Assembly (NCBI RefSeq): GCF_006345805.1
Contig: NC_042997.1
Coordinates: 99,138,001 to 99,202,000, forward strand
Direction: 5' to 3'
DNA length: 64,000 nt
From: Octopus sinensis
Lineage: Eukaryota
The notes under the pieces are model-generated. The model had not been told where the DNA came from. It saw nothing but the letters and a program-made list of their open reading frames with translations, and did not search any database. A program made the translations under genes and the position numbers. Position 1 is the stretch's first letter. Each line of letters starts with the position of its first letter. This document shows positions 26,443 to 40,657 of this stretch, in pieces.

Positions 26443-26584
26443 TAAAAACATATATACATATATAAATATAAACATTTATACATATATATATACACACACA
26501 CACTCACAGAAAGATACTTATATATGTGCATATGTGCGTGTGTTTACAGTTGGAAACACACACACACACATGTGTGTGTGTTAA

Positions 26585-26705
26585 ATAAAGTACCAGTTAC
26601 GCACTGGGGTCGATATAATCGACTTAATCCGTTTGTCTGTCCTTGTTTGTCCTCTCTATGTTCAGCCCCTTGTGGGTAGTAAAGAAATAGATATATATAT
26701 AGAAA
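26585..26705 (+). mobile_element. SINE family B, 3' part
   Basis: taagtaccagttacgcactggggtcgatataatcgacttaatccgtttgtctgtcc...gtagtaaagaaatag. Confidence 0.8.
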
Positions 26706-26944
26706 AGAAAACAACATCGGTGTTACATTCATATGGTTATTCATTACATTCTTACGTGTGTTTCGGTGATGAATAAATCACATATGCAAAGATATAGCTT
26801 ACCATCAGGTTACCATCAAAATTTCAGAGTTGCTGTAATTAAATGGCAGCCTTGAGACTTCATATAGCAGTTCGACAGTTATATTTTATTCGGAGAATTA
26901 GGATTCTGTCATGGCTAACGTCATAAAATACATTTAAATAGCTG

Positions 26945-27320
26945 TGTGTATGTATGTATGTATGTATGTATGTATGTATGTATGTATGTATGTATGTATG
27001 TATGTATGTATGTATTATGTATGTATTATGTATGTATGTATTATGTATGTATGTATGTATTATGTATGTATTATGTATATATGTATATATGTATGTATGT
27101 ATGAATGTATGTATGTAGGTATGCATGTATGTATGAATGTATGTATGAATGTATGTATGTATGTATGTATGTATGTATGTATGTATGTATGTATGCATGT
27201 ATGTATGTATATATGTATGTATGTATGTATGCATGCATGCATGTATGTAAGTATGTATGTATGTATGTATGTATGTATGTATGTATGTATGTATGTATGT
27301 ATGTATGTATGTATGTATTT
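26945..27320. repeat. (ATGT)n microsatellite, about 375 bp
   Basis: Direct reading. Confidence 0.95.
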
Positions 27321-27720
27321 GTGTATGTGCAAAGTTGTGTATATCTACCAGTCGCGGATGTGTGGTAAATTGTTAATTACACGATTTGTTCATGTAGAAA
27401 AAAATGAAGGCTTACTGTTGAGATTCTGATGTCTTACTTTCTAACTAACCTTGCCATTTGATATCGTAAATCTGCCTGCCTGTTGCCTCAGGGACCACAC
27501 AAATGTCAGTCACTCACCAACTATCGACAGTATTATGAATATATGTATGCGCATATAAATATATGTGTGTATCTATGCATGTATGCATAGATGTATATAT
27601 ATACACACACAAACTGAATATCTAATGTGCGTGTGTGTGTCTGTATATATATATACATATGCATATAATATATGTATACACATATATATCATGCATGTAT
27701 ATATATATATATATATATAA

Positions 27721-27759
<39 letters not shown>

Positions 27760-27846
27760 TATATATATATAGCATTATAAATCTCTGAACGAGATGTAAA
27801 CAGTAACCGCTCGACAATGTAAAGTATAGTATGAGATGGCTATTAT

Positions 27847-27922
<76 letters not shown>

Positions 27923-28699
27923 TATTATATACGTATATATATATATATAGATACATATATATACATATATATATATATTAATTATGAATCTATGGAAATA
28001 GACGGGAATATGACTATTCTGTTTCAAAGCTTGTCATCTAATTAACTTAAGAGATATTAGCGCTTCCTCTCTCTCTCCTTTTAGCTGTTGATTTACTGCG
28101 TTACATAGCCGTTACTCGTGTTATTTTGGGTTTCCCGGTTTGTGTCTACACAAAAATATGCTTGAGCGTGTTTTGAATTATCAATCAAAAGTCAGCAAGG
28201 GAAATCTCACATATGTACGTTGCGACTGTGACAGCTGAATCAGTTTGCATGAGATTTGTGTTCCAATTTTCCTAGGTTTCGTCCTTTTGTGTGCGGCATG
28301 TGGTAGATTGTGAAGTCGAAAATGTTTGCCAAACATTTCATATGATGAAGATACGATGCAAAATATTCAAGATAAGGAATTCTTCGAACTGATTTCGTAA
28401 ATCAGATTCTTATTTTTTATATTTATTAGAAGAATGTTGTCTTTACGTGGAGTTAAGATATCGCTGAATTAAATTCAGTAAATGTCTTCGATTGTTAATT
28501 GCATGTCTTAGAAGCTATACACTGAATGATCCAACGAGGAAACTTTCGTACAGTCACTCATCCACCTACAAATTGTTGCTAACTCTCAATCAAACTTTAT
28601 TTTCCTGCCTTAAAATTATGCTTCACTATATTAGGCGCCGATCAAATGCAAAAGGGTTCTTCATAGGGTACCATACTAGTGATGAGTCTGTGTGAGTAA

Positions 28700-29400
28700 A
28701 ATAACAAAATACTCCGAAAAAATAATTACAATTCAACATTACATATAAACATACTATACAAAACTTATCTGCAAAAACAAAATAGTTCATTCAAACCACA
28801 CTAACGATCTGGTAAAATCACTTCATTGCAATTAAAACATTTTATTATGCATGACATTCATGTGACTGCTTTTACAATAAACGAAATTACGAGCGCACCA
28901 CAGCAGCCATCAAATCCCAATTTATATGCTGATCAATTGGAACAAACTAATCCAAGGACGAGACAAAATATTCCATAAAAAATACGAAGAATAGCACAAA
29001 ATGACGCACTAGACACAGAGCAATCAAATCGAACAACTTAAGCATACACTTAGGAATTCCAGACTCATTAACAGTCTATACATTTATACTAGGCTGTATA
29101 TCTTAACTATCACAGCTTAACACATTCACAAAGATCATACAGAGAAAGAAGACATTGCAGGCAACACATTATGGTACAAAACAATACAAATAATGCAAAG
29201 AGTGACACAATGCCATCACAACTAATCTCCATATACATGAATCAACAATGTAACCTCTGCATAGTCACTCGGTCATCTGGAAATAGTAGCTCAATTGCCT
29301 AAAGTTACATTCTACCAATTGGATACGATAAAAGCACATTAGAAAATATTATAGTAAAATACATAAAACTACGTGATTGTCAAAGAGGAAATACCTTTGG
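28700..29400 (+). mobile_element. Possible highly decayed A/C-rich LINE remnant
   Basis: A/C strand bias and a CNLC word near 29250; similar bias at 31400-31900; no firm motif. Confidence 0.2.
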
Positions 29401-29708
29401 TCATAGAGGTGCTTGATTAAGGTTGATATGGGGCTAAAGAGTTAAATGAACTCCATTTATATTCTAAATACGCCACACTAGTACACTGGCATCCCTTTGC
29501 AAGCTAACTACAAAAATTCCACAGACATGATCTTTTCATCTACATATCTAGCGACTACAACCACATAAACTATCCCAACTATTTTTCCAACAGCTATGTA
29601 TTATCATGAAGCACATAACATTGTAGAAAATATAAGATTGTTACAAACTTTAAACTCAAATTCAAGGTTCACAACAGGCAATAGTTATACAGGATACCAC
29701 AACATTCA

Positions 29709-29834
<126 letters not shown>

Positions 29835-29841
29835 TGTGTGA

Positions 29842-30140
29842 GGATGCGCAATGGCCCAGTGATTACGGCAGCGGACTCGCAGTTGTAGGATCGCGGCTTC
29901 GATTCTTAGACCGGGCGTTGTGAGTGTTTAGTGAGCGAAAACACCTAAACCTCTACGATGCTCCGGCAGGGGGTAGTGACCCATCCCTGCTGTACTCTTT
30001 CACCACAACTTTCTCTCACTCTTTCTTCTCTTGGCCAGCTCGCTTAACCAGCCAGGTGGCGTCATTTGAAGGCTAAAACAATGCGAAGCACATTGTGACC
30101 AGCGATGTGTTGCAACATCTGATAGCCTGGTCGGTCACGG
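29842..30140 (+). mobile_element. tRNA-derived SINE family C
   Basis: gcgcaatggcccagtg...gatcgcggcttcgattc head; near-identical to 45521-45815. Confidence 0.85.
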
Positions 30141-30164
30141 GGATATATATAAGTATATATATAT

Positions 30165-30345
30165 GTATTTCTTTACTACCCACAAGGGGCTAAACACAGA
30201 GGGGACAAACAAGGACAGACAAACGGGTTAAGTCGATTACATCGACCCCAGTGCGTAACTGGTACTTAATTTATCGACCCCGAAAGGATGAAAGACAAAG
30301 TCGTCCTCGGCGGAATTTGAACTCAGAACGTAACGGCAGACGAAA
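30165..30345 (-). mobile_element. SINE family B
   Basis: Reverse complement of the B core and 3' end. Confidence 0.85.
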
Positions 30346-30868
30346 TGTATATATATATGTGGGGGGGCATGTATGTATTCATGTATGCACGTATGTATTT
30401 ATGTATGTATGTATGTTTGTATATATGTATATGTCAGGTCACTTGTGAGGTCGCTCATGAGTGCTACTGGTAATACTGAGCCCAGTACAACCTTTTGCAT
30501 GGTCAGTTTTCGGTGTCTAAACCGGCAAGCCCACTGAGTATGCCTGTGAGGAGGGATCCTACAAACCCGGCAGAACTAAAAACAAGACATTTAAAAGGAC
30601 GGGTGAAAATAGTCCGGATTCAAAGAGTATCTAGCAATATCACGGCCTTCTGAAATTCCGAGATGTTGTCCGACATGCTGGACGAACACAAGTAATGAGA
30701 CAGTCTTTAAATTTTGTTGAGGCAAGTCTCTAGGAGAAGGTCACTGTGATATATTCAATTAGATATGCAGGGGACGGCATTGAACATTTCGGGGATTTTT
30801 TGCTAGTACTTGAGATCATGACGCTCCCACATCGTGAACCTGCGACCCATAGTGGCACAGAATATCCT

Positions 30869-31038
30869 GCGTGGATGTGTGGTAAAATGTTTGCCTCCCA
30901 ACCACATAGTTCTGGGATCAGTCTTACTGCATCTTGCACAAGTGTTTTCTACTATAATCTCGTGCTGGCTAAAGTCTTGTGAGTGGATATGGTAGACGAA
31001 AACCGAATGACGTCCGCTATATATATAGAGTGGACTCT

Positions 31039-31109
<71 letters not shown>

Positions 31110-31300
31110 TATTGACAGGGTTCTCTATGTTTGTTCTACACCACCGCTTGTCAACCGGTGTCAGTGTGTTTACGTCTTCGTACATTAGCGGTTCAACAAA
31201 AGTGACACCACAGTATGAATACTGGGGTTTATTCGTTCCAATAAAATTTTTCAAGCGGTGCCCCAATCCGACCGTAGTCTAATGATTAGAACAAGTAATA
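30869..31300 (+). mobile_element. SINE family A, diverged
   Basis: Head, internal (TA)n and tail collinear with 9048-9505. Confidence 0.75.
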
Positions 31301-33129
31301 TATGTATATATACGCCCACACTCCTATATGTATATACAGATATATGTTTGTGTTTATTTGTATGTGTATGCGTGTGTATCCACTCACACACTCACCCAGT
31401 ACTGAGATATTCAACCTGATAAACTCGATACAAAAAATACAACAGAAAACTGGCAAGCACTTGTGTCCAGTATTAGCTAGTAAACAAGCAGTAAAACATT
31501 ATACAAAATATTTGGCAGCCTCGGCAATTATAACAAAGGCTCCACGACATCACACGCTGCAGTAACAACGTCAGATAACAAACCCACGCTCAATAGCAAG
31601 CAAATGTGCTTGTGAAACATTTTACTAAAATCAGCCACCAATAAATAAATAAATAAATATCTAAATGATAAATAAATAAATAAACTCAAAGAAAACAAGA
31701 ATTTACAAAGCAAAATACAAACCTTTCACCTCAACTTTGACTTCGACGAGCCAACGATAGAGATTATTTCTCGACATGAAACAGCTTTGCAATCTCCAGC
31801 AAACTACATCCTACCGTCTTGCAAATGAAGGACATATTGAATAATGTATTTCTGAAAGGCATTCGAAGGACATTAGCACAGTTCTTTCCCTCGCTCCAAA
31901 CCAAAAAAAAAAAAGAAAGAAAGAAAGAAAGAAAAATGCTTCCATACAAGATAGATAGACACATCTGCACCACAGCTATACTACATAGATTTACCAAATT
32001 GTGTTACAAGTAATGGATAACGCTACGCTACTTCTCGATAGTGTACGCTACATTTTTTCTAAATTAGGATCCTTGCTACTTTGAAATTTTAATTTTTAAA
32101 AGTAGAAAATCGTATTGAATATCATATTAAATTTTGAACTAAATATATTAAAACTGACCTGCAGCAAATTTATTTGCGTAAGTATTTTTAATTTACAGCC
32201 AACACTTTTATTTTATGCTACTTTCTAACATATTCCATTACTTTTTATTTTAAATATTTTGTGCTACGTTTTATGAAATTGATTTCGCAATTCTGCTGCT
32301 ACAACGGCATTCTAAGAACATTATTTCACCCACTCAGCCCGAACATATATTAAAAATACATGCACACAAAAATAGAAGCTGCATCAATAACATTATTGGC
32401 CTCAAACACTGCACAGAATCAATAAGTACAGAGACGTAGTAGTTATATTCAGACGTAGCTCATCTTGCCACTCCCGTTGTGATTACCACCTTAATCTGCA
32501 AAAGCACAAAAACAGAGTAGAAACTAAGGAGCGTACGATATACGTAGAACATTCCAGTGCACCACACCAGATACAAGCAAACAGGCCAAGTCAGCATGTT
32601 CGATATGGTCTTCAGCAAAAATCTGCAGTATTTGTTTTGGTTCCATGTGTTCTGATTTCAAATCCAGACGAGATTAACTTTATCCTTCATTCTTTTGGAA
32701 TCGATAAAGTACCACTCCAGGGCAATGGATTGATAAAATTCTTAAATCCTTGGTGATATACTTAATTCATTACTCATATACTTAATTCATTACTCATTTT
32801 AATTACATTGTCCTTGAGTGTCTTTATCAGATGTTACTCTGTTGCAAGAATTCAAGCCACGTCTCGGTTTGAGGATAAATTCCTTCATCCTATCACCAAG
32901 CTTGGAAGACACAAAAGAGCTGGCGGGACTAGCTTTTCTTTGTTGACTAAACGGTAACCGCTACCCGCCACTGCTTTGACTTATCCATAGGTTTAGCTGG
33001 ATGGGTGGCATCTAGAGGATCAGTTAGTTTACTAAAAATATGCCGTGTTGTTTAAATCATGAGGATATGAGTACACAACAAATATATGCAAGAAACAAAC
33101 ATTGAAATGAGTTAATTATTAGGATACTG

Positions 33130-33362
33130 GCATGATGAATTATAATATTGATTTCAAATTTTGGCACAAGGTCAGCAACTTCGAGGAAGGGGTTAAGTCG
33201 TTTACAACGATCCCAGTACTCAACTGGTACTTATTTTACTGACATCGGAAGGATGACAGGCAAAGTCAACCTCAGCGGATGTTGAACTAAAACGTAAAGA
33301 CGATGCAATGCCGCTAATTATTTTGCCCGACGTGCTAATTATACTGCCAGCTCGCTATCATC
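33130..33362 (-). mobile_element. SINE family B, diverged
   Basis: ggcaaagtcaacctcagcggatgttgaactaaaacgtaaag core. Confidence 0.7.
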
Positions 33363-34009
33363 TATATTGAATAATAATGTTATCAATGATATTCATTAAC
33401 CTGACTCTTTCATTTCACATCTGAGATATTTAACTTTCGCATATCAATTAAAACCACTGAATAATTAAGAGCCTCTAGCTAACAAATCATATTGTTAGAA
33501 ATTAAAATCAAAACTTATTGACATTGCTCCCTGTATTTTAAATACCGTAAAGGATACAGCATAGTTCTAAATACATTCTGCTTGAAAAAACATGACGTGA
33601 TGGCCTCGATCAGAACACGTTATATCAACAGTCTGTTCAATTATAAGTGACGTAGTTCTAAATAATAGCAATGGCACCAGCACTTGACAATTGGAGCTCA
33701 TTTCAGTATGCTGCAAGAATACTGCATAGTTGACAAATGTTTTAGTTAGCTGACTGCGATGACCTCAAATTTCACATATAAACACAGGAATGCTCAAGAA
33801 GTATAGAGTACGTATATATATGGATTAGTAGTTGATGCTTCGTTCCATTATTACTTGGGATTTTATACTTGTATATTATGTGTTCGATCGTCTAAATAAT
33901 GCCTAAAGAACATATAAAGGTTGTTGCATTCTAGCCGTGTACGTGGTAAGCTGATTATAATCGGTGAGAGATATCAGTATATATCAGCAGATACTTTGAT
34001 TAATTCATA

Positions 34010-34290
34010 AATCTTGCTTCCCAACCACATGGTCCCAAGTTCAGTCCCACTGCGTGATAGCCCTGTGAGGGGATTTGGTAGACGGAAACTGAAGGAAGCT
34101 CGTCGTATATACATGTATGTGCGTGTTTGTAGCCCGCCATCACTTGAAAATCGGTGCTGGTGTGTTTATGTCCTCGTAAATTAGCGGTTCGGCAAAAGAG
34201 ACCGATAGAATAAGTATTAGTCTTACAAAGAATAAGTCCAGGGGTCGATTTCTTCAACTAAACCCCTTGAAAGCGGTTCTCCACTACGGT
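34010..34290 (+). mobile_element. SINE family A, partial
   Basis: ccaaccacatggtcccaagttcagtcccactgcg...agcggttcggcaaaagagaccgatag. Confidence 0.8.
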
Positions 34291-34788
34291 AACTTCTATC
34301 ATTTCTCTATTGATATTCTCCTTCAGTTGCACCAGGGTCTCCGGTTTGTTGATGTAAACCTTCTTATTCAGGTATCCCCACAAGAAAAAATCCGGGCTAG
34401 TCAAGTCTAGGGAACGTGAAAGCCAGTTGACATTGCCGTAGCGGGAGATTATTATCTCTCCAAAGCATTGCGTAGCAACTGCTTGCTTTTCTCACGGTAT
34501 GCTGGAACCATGTATGAGGTCTACTTTGATCAGAGAAGTGGGATCTGAAACTCTTGGGGGTGTTATGGTGCAAGTTTTGGAAAGATTACGGGCGTGCGAA
34601 GCTGAAAATGGCTGCCATTTAAGCGATGTCATTTTTCGTATGTGATGTAGTGGTGTTGCAAAATTTGATTTAAGCATATTAAATTCCATTATATGCTTTA
34701 TATTGTATCAAACTTGCATGCATATATTTGTAAAGTTAAGGAGGTTAGTAATACCAGAAACCCATCAGTGACATTTGGGACACCTTAT
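34291..34788. mobile_element. Tc1/mariner (maT/DD37D-like) transposase 3' fragment with internal inversion and right TIR
   Basis: Minus 34525-34291: WLSRSLDLTSPDFFLWGYLNKKVYINKPETLVQLKENINRE; plus from 34528: IREVGSETLGGVMVQVLERLRACEAENGCHLSDVIFRM*; ends in gggacacctta|ta. Confidence 0.75.
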
Positions 34789-35814
34789 ATATAAGACTGT
34801 ATTAAAATATGATAGTCTGCAGATGGTTGTTCAGGAATATTGGAAAGTAATATATCTAGATATCCTTTCCATGACTCAGCAAAGTCTGTCATCAGGTACA
34901 TTGGGCCATTTTGTTGTACCATAGTTAAATATTTGATGCACTTGACAAGTAAATACGAAGAGGAAGGTTTAAGAATCTGACATTTCTCCTATTCGCTATT
35001 AATTGTAATACCAAAGATCAAAGTCACTCTTTTATGTGTTCTCCATAAAGTAGAGGAATAGTGTGACAAAGCTTTTCCAGCACGACCGTCTCTCGATTTT
35101 ATTGTTTGATTCTAAAAGAGAATTTTTGAGGTAATTAAGACCTTGGCTAACAAGAAACCCAAAATGTAAACAGTAGTATAACCTATTTAAAGTAAGTTAA
35201 AGGGTTTCACATCAGTGTTCAGTTCCTTTATGTGGATATTGTCCATGTCGAGTCACTTAGTTCTCAACAAGAAGTTATAGTCTGTGGATATATTTGTAGA
35301 CAAATGTCCCTAATGGAAATTCTCTGCCTCCGTCTCTCTCTTTCTTTCCCTCTCTTTTTCTCTCTCTCTCTCACTCTCTCTCTCTTCCTAATATATGTAA
35401 GTGTGTATGTGTGTGTGTGTGCATGTATTCATGATGTGAAATAGCCTGAATATATGTACATATGTGTATATGTATGTATGTGTGCATATGTATGCACCCA
35501 TTTGTATATGTGTAATTATGTCTATATATTCATATCCACATGTATACTTATATAGATACATATGTTCATTCACACCTTTTCATATCTCACATATATAAAT
35601 GGATTAAAGTGGGTGTTTGAGGTGTTCATGTCATTCAAAATGCAATCAGATATGTAAATGAATTGCTGCCTGTTGGGTATTACAATATTGATTATAAATT
35701 ATTTATTCCTAGAAACTTTTCAGACAAGTAGAGTAGAAAATACTTATGATCATGTTTACTTCAAACATCTGGGTATTCTTGCATTCTAGGTTTACAGTTC
35801 ATACAGCTATATCA

Positions 35815-35827
35815 TATAGATAGATAG

Positions 35828-35913
<86 letters not shown>

Positions 35914-35929
35914 ACAGACATACATATAT

Positions 35930-35985
<56 letters not shown>

Positions 35986-36013
35986 GCAGACAGACAGACA
36001 GACATACAAACAT

Positions 36014-36105
<92 letters not shown>
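35815..36105. repeat. (GATA)n/(GACA)n microsatellite
   Basis: Direct reading. Confidence 0.95.
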
Positions 36106-36106
<1 letters not shown>

Positions 36107-36764
36107 CATTCAATTCCTATTCCATTATGAGTTATATAGCTAAAGGAACGAGTAATAATTCTATGATTCGAATATTATTAAATAATTAGTTGAGAAATGA
36201 AAATTTGAATAGTTTCTCAAAATCTATATCTGTAGGCTAACATAGTTTTCAAATTGTTTTCACCATCGAGGAATACAATTTACCGATGATTATTAATTAA
36301 TTCTTGGTTTTTCTCTAGGCATATGCACATTTTGAATTCTCACATGATTATATTTGCTAATTATTTTTACATATTATTATTGAATAAATAGCAAAAATGA
36401 TCTTTGGAGCTTTGTTAATAAATATATAATGTATATGTCACACAATATATTATTGGGTCTTATATAAATTATTATGTTTTGATTGTTCGTACTGGACTGG
36501 GAAAATAAAATCATTTGACAGTTAATTTTTTTTTTTTTTTTTTTTTGCCAGGAACACAGTTCAGTGCAAATGATACACCGCCTTACTTTTAACTGCAAGT
36601 TGTTACCCCAATTTTCTGATTATTAAATACAAATTAACATTATCTTAGAACAAACGAAGTCGCACTCTCTATATCCTTCAATACCTCGACATGTAACATA
36701 TAAAACCAGTGTTTATATATTTGTAGTCAATGCATTTTGATATTAATCTAAACTATGGCTGTGA

Positions 36765-36950
36765 TTTGGCAGAAACGTTAGCACGCCGGGCGAAATGCGT
36801 AACCGTATTTCGTCTGCCGTTACGTTCTGAGTTCAAATTCCGCCGAGGTCACTTTGCCTTTCATCCTTTCGGAGTCGATAAAAGGGGTCGATGTAATCTA
36901 CTTGCCCCCTCCACTCAAATTTGTGGCCTTGTGCCAAAATTTGAAACCGA
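36765..36950 (+). mobile_element. SINE family B
   Basis: ggcagaaacgttagcacgccgggcgaaatg...acgttctgagttcaaattccgccgagg. Confidence 0.85.
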
Positions 36951-37676
36951 TTGGAATAGCTTCTTGTGATTCAGTGATATTCAAACAAATCTGAGAAACT
37001 ATGAACATTTTCTAAATACAACTAGAGAAACGTTCCCTATTTAATTTGCTAGCTAACTCAGTTAAATCTTCATCCTAGTAATATTGTTGCTCATATGCTT
37101 TCCAGTATATTTACAGATTTTATAACATCTCTGTCACATCCCTGTATTCTTCTTGCACTAGCAATCTTTGCTTTCGACAATCTCCACAGCATCTCAAAGT
37201 TCGCCCCTCCTCTTTTTCTCTTTCTCTCTCTTTCTTTCTCCCATTCTATCTCTCTTACTCTCTCACTTCTCTGTAACTGCTCCACTTACTTCACAACTGC
37301 AACATCTAAATCACTTAAGGCTACCAAATTGAATCATTCTCGAGTCCTAGACATCCTCACGTACAAACAGCCAAATTAAATGAAATATCAATCATACCAA
37401 TTTCAAGTAGACAGTCAGCACTTTTTGCTTCGAGGTAACAACCGCAAGCAAAGAAAATCATCACCTTCACGCTGTTATTGCGAATAAAAAAATTATAGCA
37501 TAATCATAAGAGTACAGAATTATTGGCTGTAAACATAGTGGAGCAATGCTGAAATGTTCAATAGATCAACAATGAATACATTGACTGTGAATGTGAATGC
37601 TGATGTGTCTTTACAACATTTTCCTTTTACACTTCATGTGATTATATTACAGTAAATGCACACACATATACAAGCA

Positions 37677-37719
<43 letters not shown>

Positions 37720-37847
37720 TATATAATATATATATATATATATGGAAAGAGAGAGACAGTCAGAGGGAATGAGAGAGAGAGAGAGAGCGAAAGATAGATA
37801 GATGATAGATAGATAGATAAATAGATAGATAGATAGATAGATAGATA

Positions 37848-38004
37848 TGTTTCTTTATTAGCCACACAGGGCTGCACACAGACGGGACAGATTACAAAGT
37901 AGAGCTTTTCTTTTGGGGGGAGAAGAAAAGGAAAATATAAAGGTGGAGTAGGTTTTCGATCAAAAGGGATCGTAAAAGGGAAAGGAGAAAGAAGAAGAAA
38001 AAAA

Positions 38005-38043
<39 letters not shown>

Positions 38044-38231
38044 TAGATAGATAGATATATAAGTTTCTTTATTGGCCACACAGGGCTGCACACAGATGGG
38101 ACAAGTTACAAGGTAGAGCTTTTCTTTTGGGGGGTGAAGAGAACAAAAAACAAAAGAAAAAAAAGAAAAAAGGGGGTGGCGTAGGTTTTCGATCAAGAGG
38201 GATCGTAAAAGGGAAGAAAATAACAAAAAAA
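37848..38231 (-). mobile_element. Two diverged copies of a retroelement 3' tail embedded in (GATA)n
   Basis: 37848-38005 and 38063-38231 share ggccacacagggctgcacacaga...gtagagcttttcttttggggg...ggttttcgatcaa; minus strand ends in AATAAA then (TCTA)n. Confidence 0.7.
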
Positions 38232-38236
38232 GATAG

Positions 38237-38287
<51 letters not shown>

Positions 38288-38304
38288 TGTGGATAACCTA
38301 TACT

Positions 38305-38360
<56 letters not shown>

Positions 38361-38819
38361 TTTGTGTTATTGTTTGTTCTTCTCCGCTTCCACACATACA
38401 TACATACATATGTCACTTAGGCATCGAGATACAAATGAGTTAATAACCTGGCGATACTAGTAGCCTAATAACTCAATATAGTATGCTTCTGAACGAAGAT
38501 TTAGTCGAGTTCAGAGCAGTGCTGAGAGAAAAGAAGTGTCAAAGAAACACCATACACTTATCTTATATATTTCATTTGCTCAAAAGATAATCGTTTATGC
38601 CTCTGTCATCTCCTTTTTCTTACACGTAAATACGTACTTGTTTGAGAATTAAGTGGCTCAGCATGGACAGTATCCCCATAAAGGAACTGAACACTGATGT
38701 GAAACCCTTTAACTTACTTTAAATAGGTTATACTACTGTTTAAATTTTGGTAGCCTTAAGTGATTTTTCTTACACATAAATGCGTACATACATTCATACA
38801 TACATACAGACAGACAGAC

Positions 38820-38894
<75 letters not shown>

Positions 38895-38965
38895 GAGATA
38901 GATTGCCAAAGATCAAGTGTAGTTAATTTACACACACGCATACCGACATAAACACACCACACATA

Positions 38966-39011
<46 letters not shown>

Positions 39012-39040
39012 ATATATATATATATATACATAAATATATA

Positions 39041-39213
39041 TTATATTAAATTAGAGACAAAACCACTATTATGCAAATCAACAAAGAAAGACTTAAGCCA
39101 ATACATAAAATAATTTATATAAATTAAATTTAATTAAAATTATTTTATGTATTGGCTTAAGTCTTTCTTTGTTTGATTTGCATAATAGTGGTTTTGTCTC
39201 TAATTTAATATAA
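39041..39213. repeat. Near-perfect inverted repeat, about 75-bp arms with 22-nt AT spacer
   Basis: 39041-39115 vs reverse complement of 39138-39213, single 1-nt indel. Confidence 0.9.
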
Positions 39214-39639
39214 CATAATATTTTACTATAAAATTGGATTCAATCCTAAATCTGATTTTTCCCTGTAAATTTGGATTTATTCCCTAATATTTATTATTAT
39301 ATATATATATATATGCATACATTACTACATTCACACAAGTGATCCAACTCATAATCTGAGAGTCGCTTTTGTTTTATACTTTGGTTTCTTTTCTTGATTG
39401 TGCTGTTAGTTGCTGTTATTGTTGTTATGTATATTTCTAATTTTTTGAAGCTTATAAATTCCTGGAAAATGTGACAAAAATTGATTTCGTTCACATAGCT
39501 GATCGTATGGGATTGATCTCTTCATTGTTAAAACTTTCACTTTCCTATCATTCTCGTTGATTTTTTTAATTATTTTCGTGAAAAATATCAAATTATATAT
39601 ACTTTTTCCTATTCCAATAGAAAACTTCTTTCTTTTTGC

Positions 39640-39878
39640 CCTTTTAAAGCCTAGCCAGGCTCATGGGCCCGGTTTCCCGGTTTCAATGGCGTATGTGTTC
39701 CCCAGCTGGTTCGGATATCAGTCCATCGCAACGTTACTCATTCTTGTCAGCTGTGTAGACCGGAGCAACGTAAAATGAAGAGTTTTGCTCAAGAACACAA
39801 CGCGTCGCCCGGTCCAGGAATCGAAACCACAATCTTACGATCATGATGCTGACACCCTAATCACTAAGGCACGCGTCT
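39640..39878 (-). mobile_element. SINE family D, near full length
   Basis: gctcaagaacacaacgcgtcgcccggtccaggaatcgaaaccacaatcttacgatcatg. Confidence 0.85.
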
Positions 39879-40657
39879 CCACAATAGAAAACTTACAGTT
39901 TACAAAACGTCAAGCAAAATTGATTAACATAATTCGTTTTTAACTTGTAAGTTATTTTGTATGTTTCGTAATACAAGTTGTATTGAGTCTTTAAAAATAT
40001 TTTCTCTTATTCTGAAATGGCGTTTGTGCAATAACTAATTCACTTTTCTTACTATTTAATCCTCTGCTTGCTTCTGTCATGCATATGCTTTTTTGTCACC
40101 GTGTTAATTGAAAGACGAACTGAAAACACACATCTACGAACATTTGTGTCTAGTAAATATATACTGAAATCTAATTTTAAAAGTGTCTGAATTGGAGAAG
40201 AGACGTGAAAGCCAAACACGAAATTAAAACAAAAATCCAAGTGAAATGTCCAATAAACTTACACGTGTCAGCAATTAACAAATTAACTGTATTGCTATTT
40301 TAGCAAAATACATTACAATGATGAAAATGGATTTAAAATACTTTAAAGGATAGTTATAAATCTGTTTGAAATAGTTTCCTCGTCTTTACAGCTATAGTAC
40401 GCAGGTTTATGATAATATCCTAACAAATAAATAGCATTTTAGTACAAAAGGAGAGTCATTGCCCAATAACCCTTGAAATATTAACATTCACCAATTCGAG
40501 CGCATTGTTTGTTAAGACGTATTTGTTCCCAAAATGAAGTGTTGGTTCTGACTTTTAAAGAGAATCTTTAGAGATAGACTAAGCAGTGAAAATATCGCAC
40601 TCCTAAAAACACGGTAAAATACAGTATTGATTTGTAAACTTGTAATATCCTTGATAG

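Noticed and set aside
32756-32795. Exact 20-bp tandem duplication
   Set aside because: Ordinary slippage event; not a CRISPR-like array (two units, no spacers).
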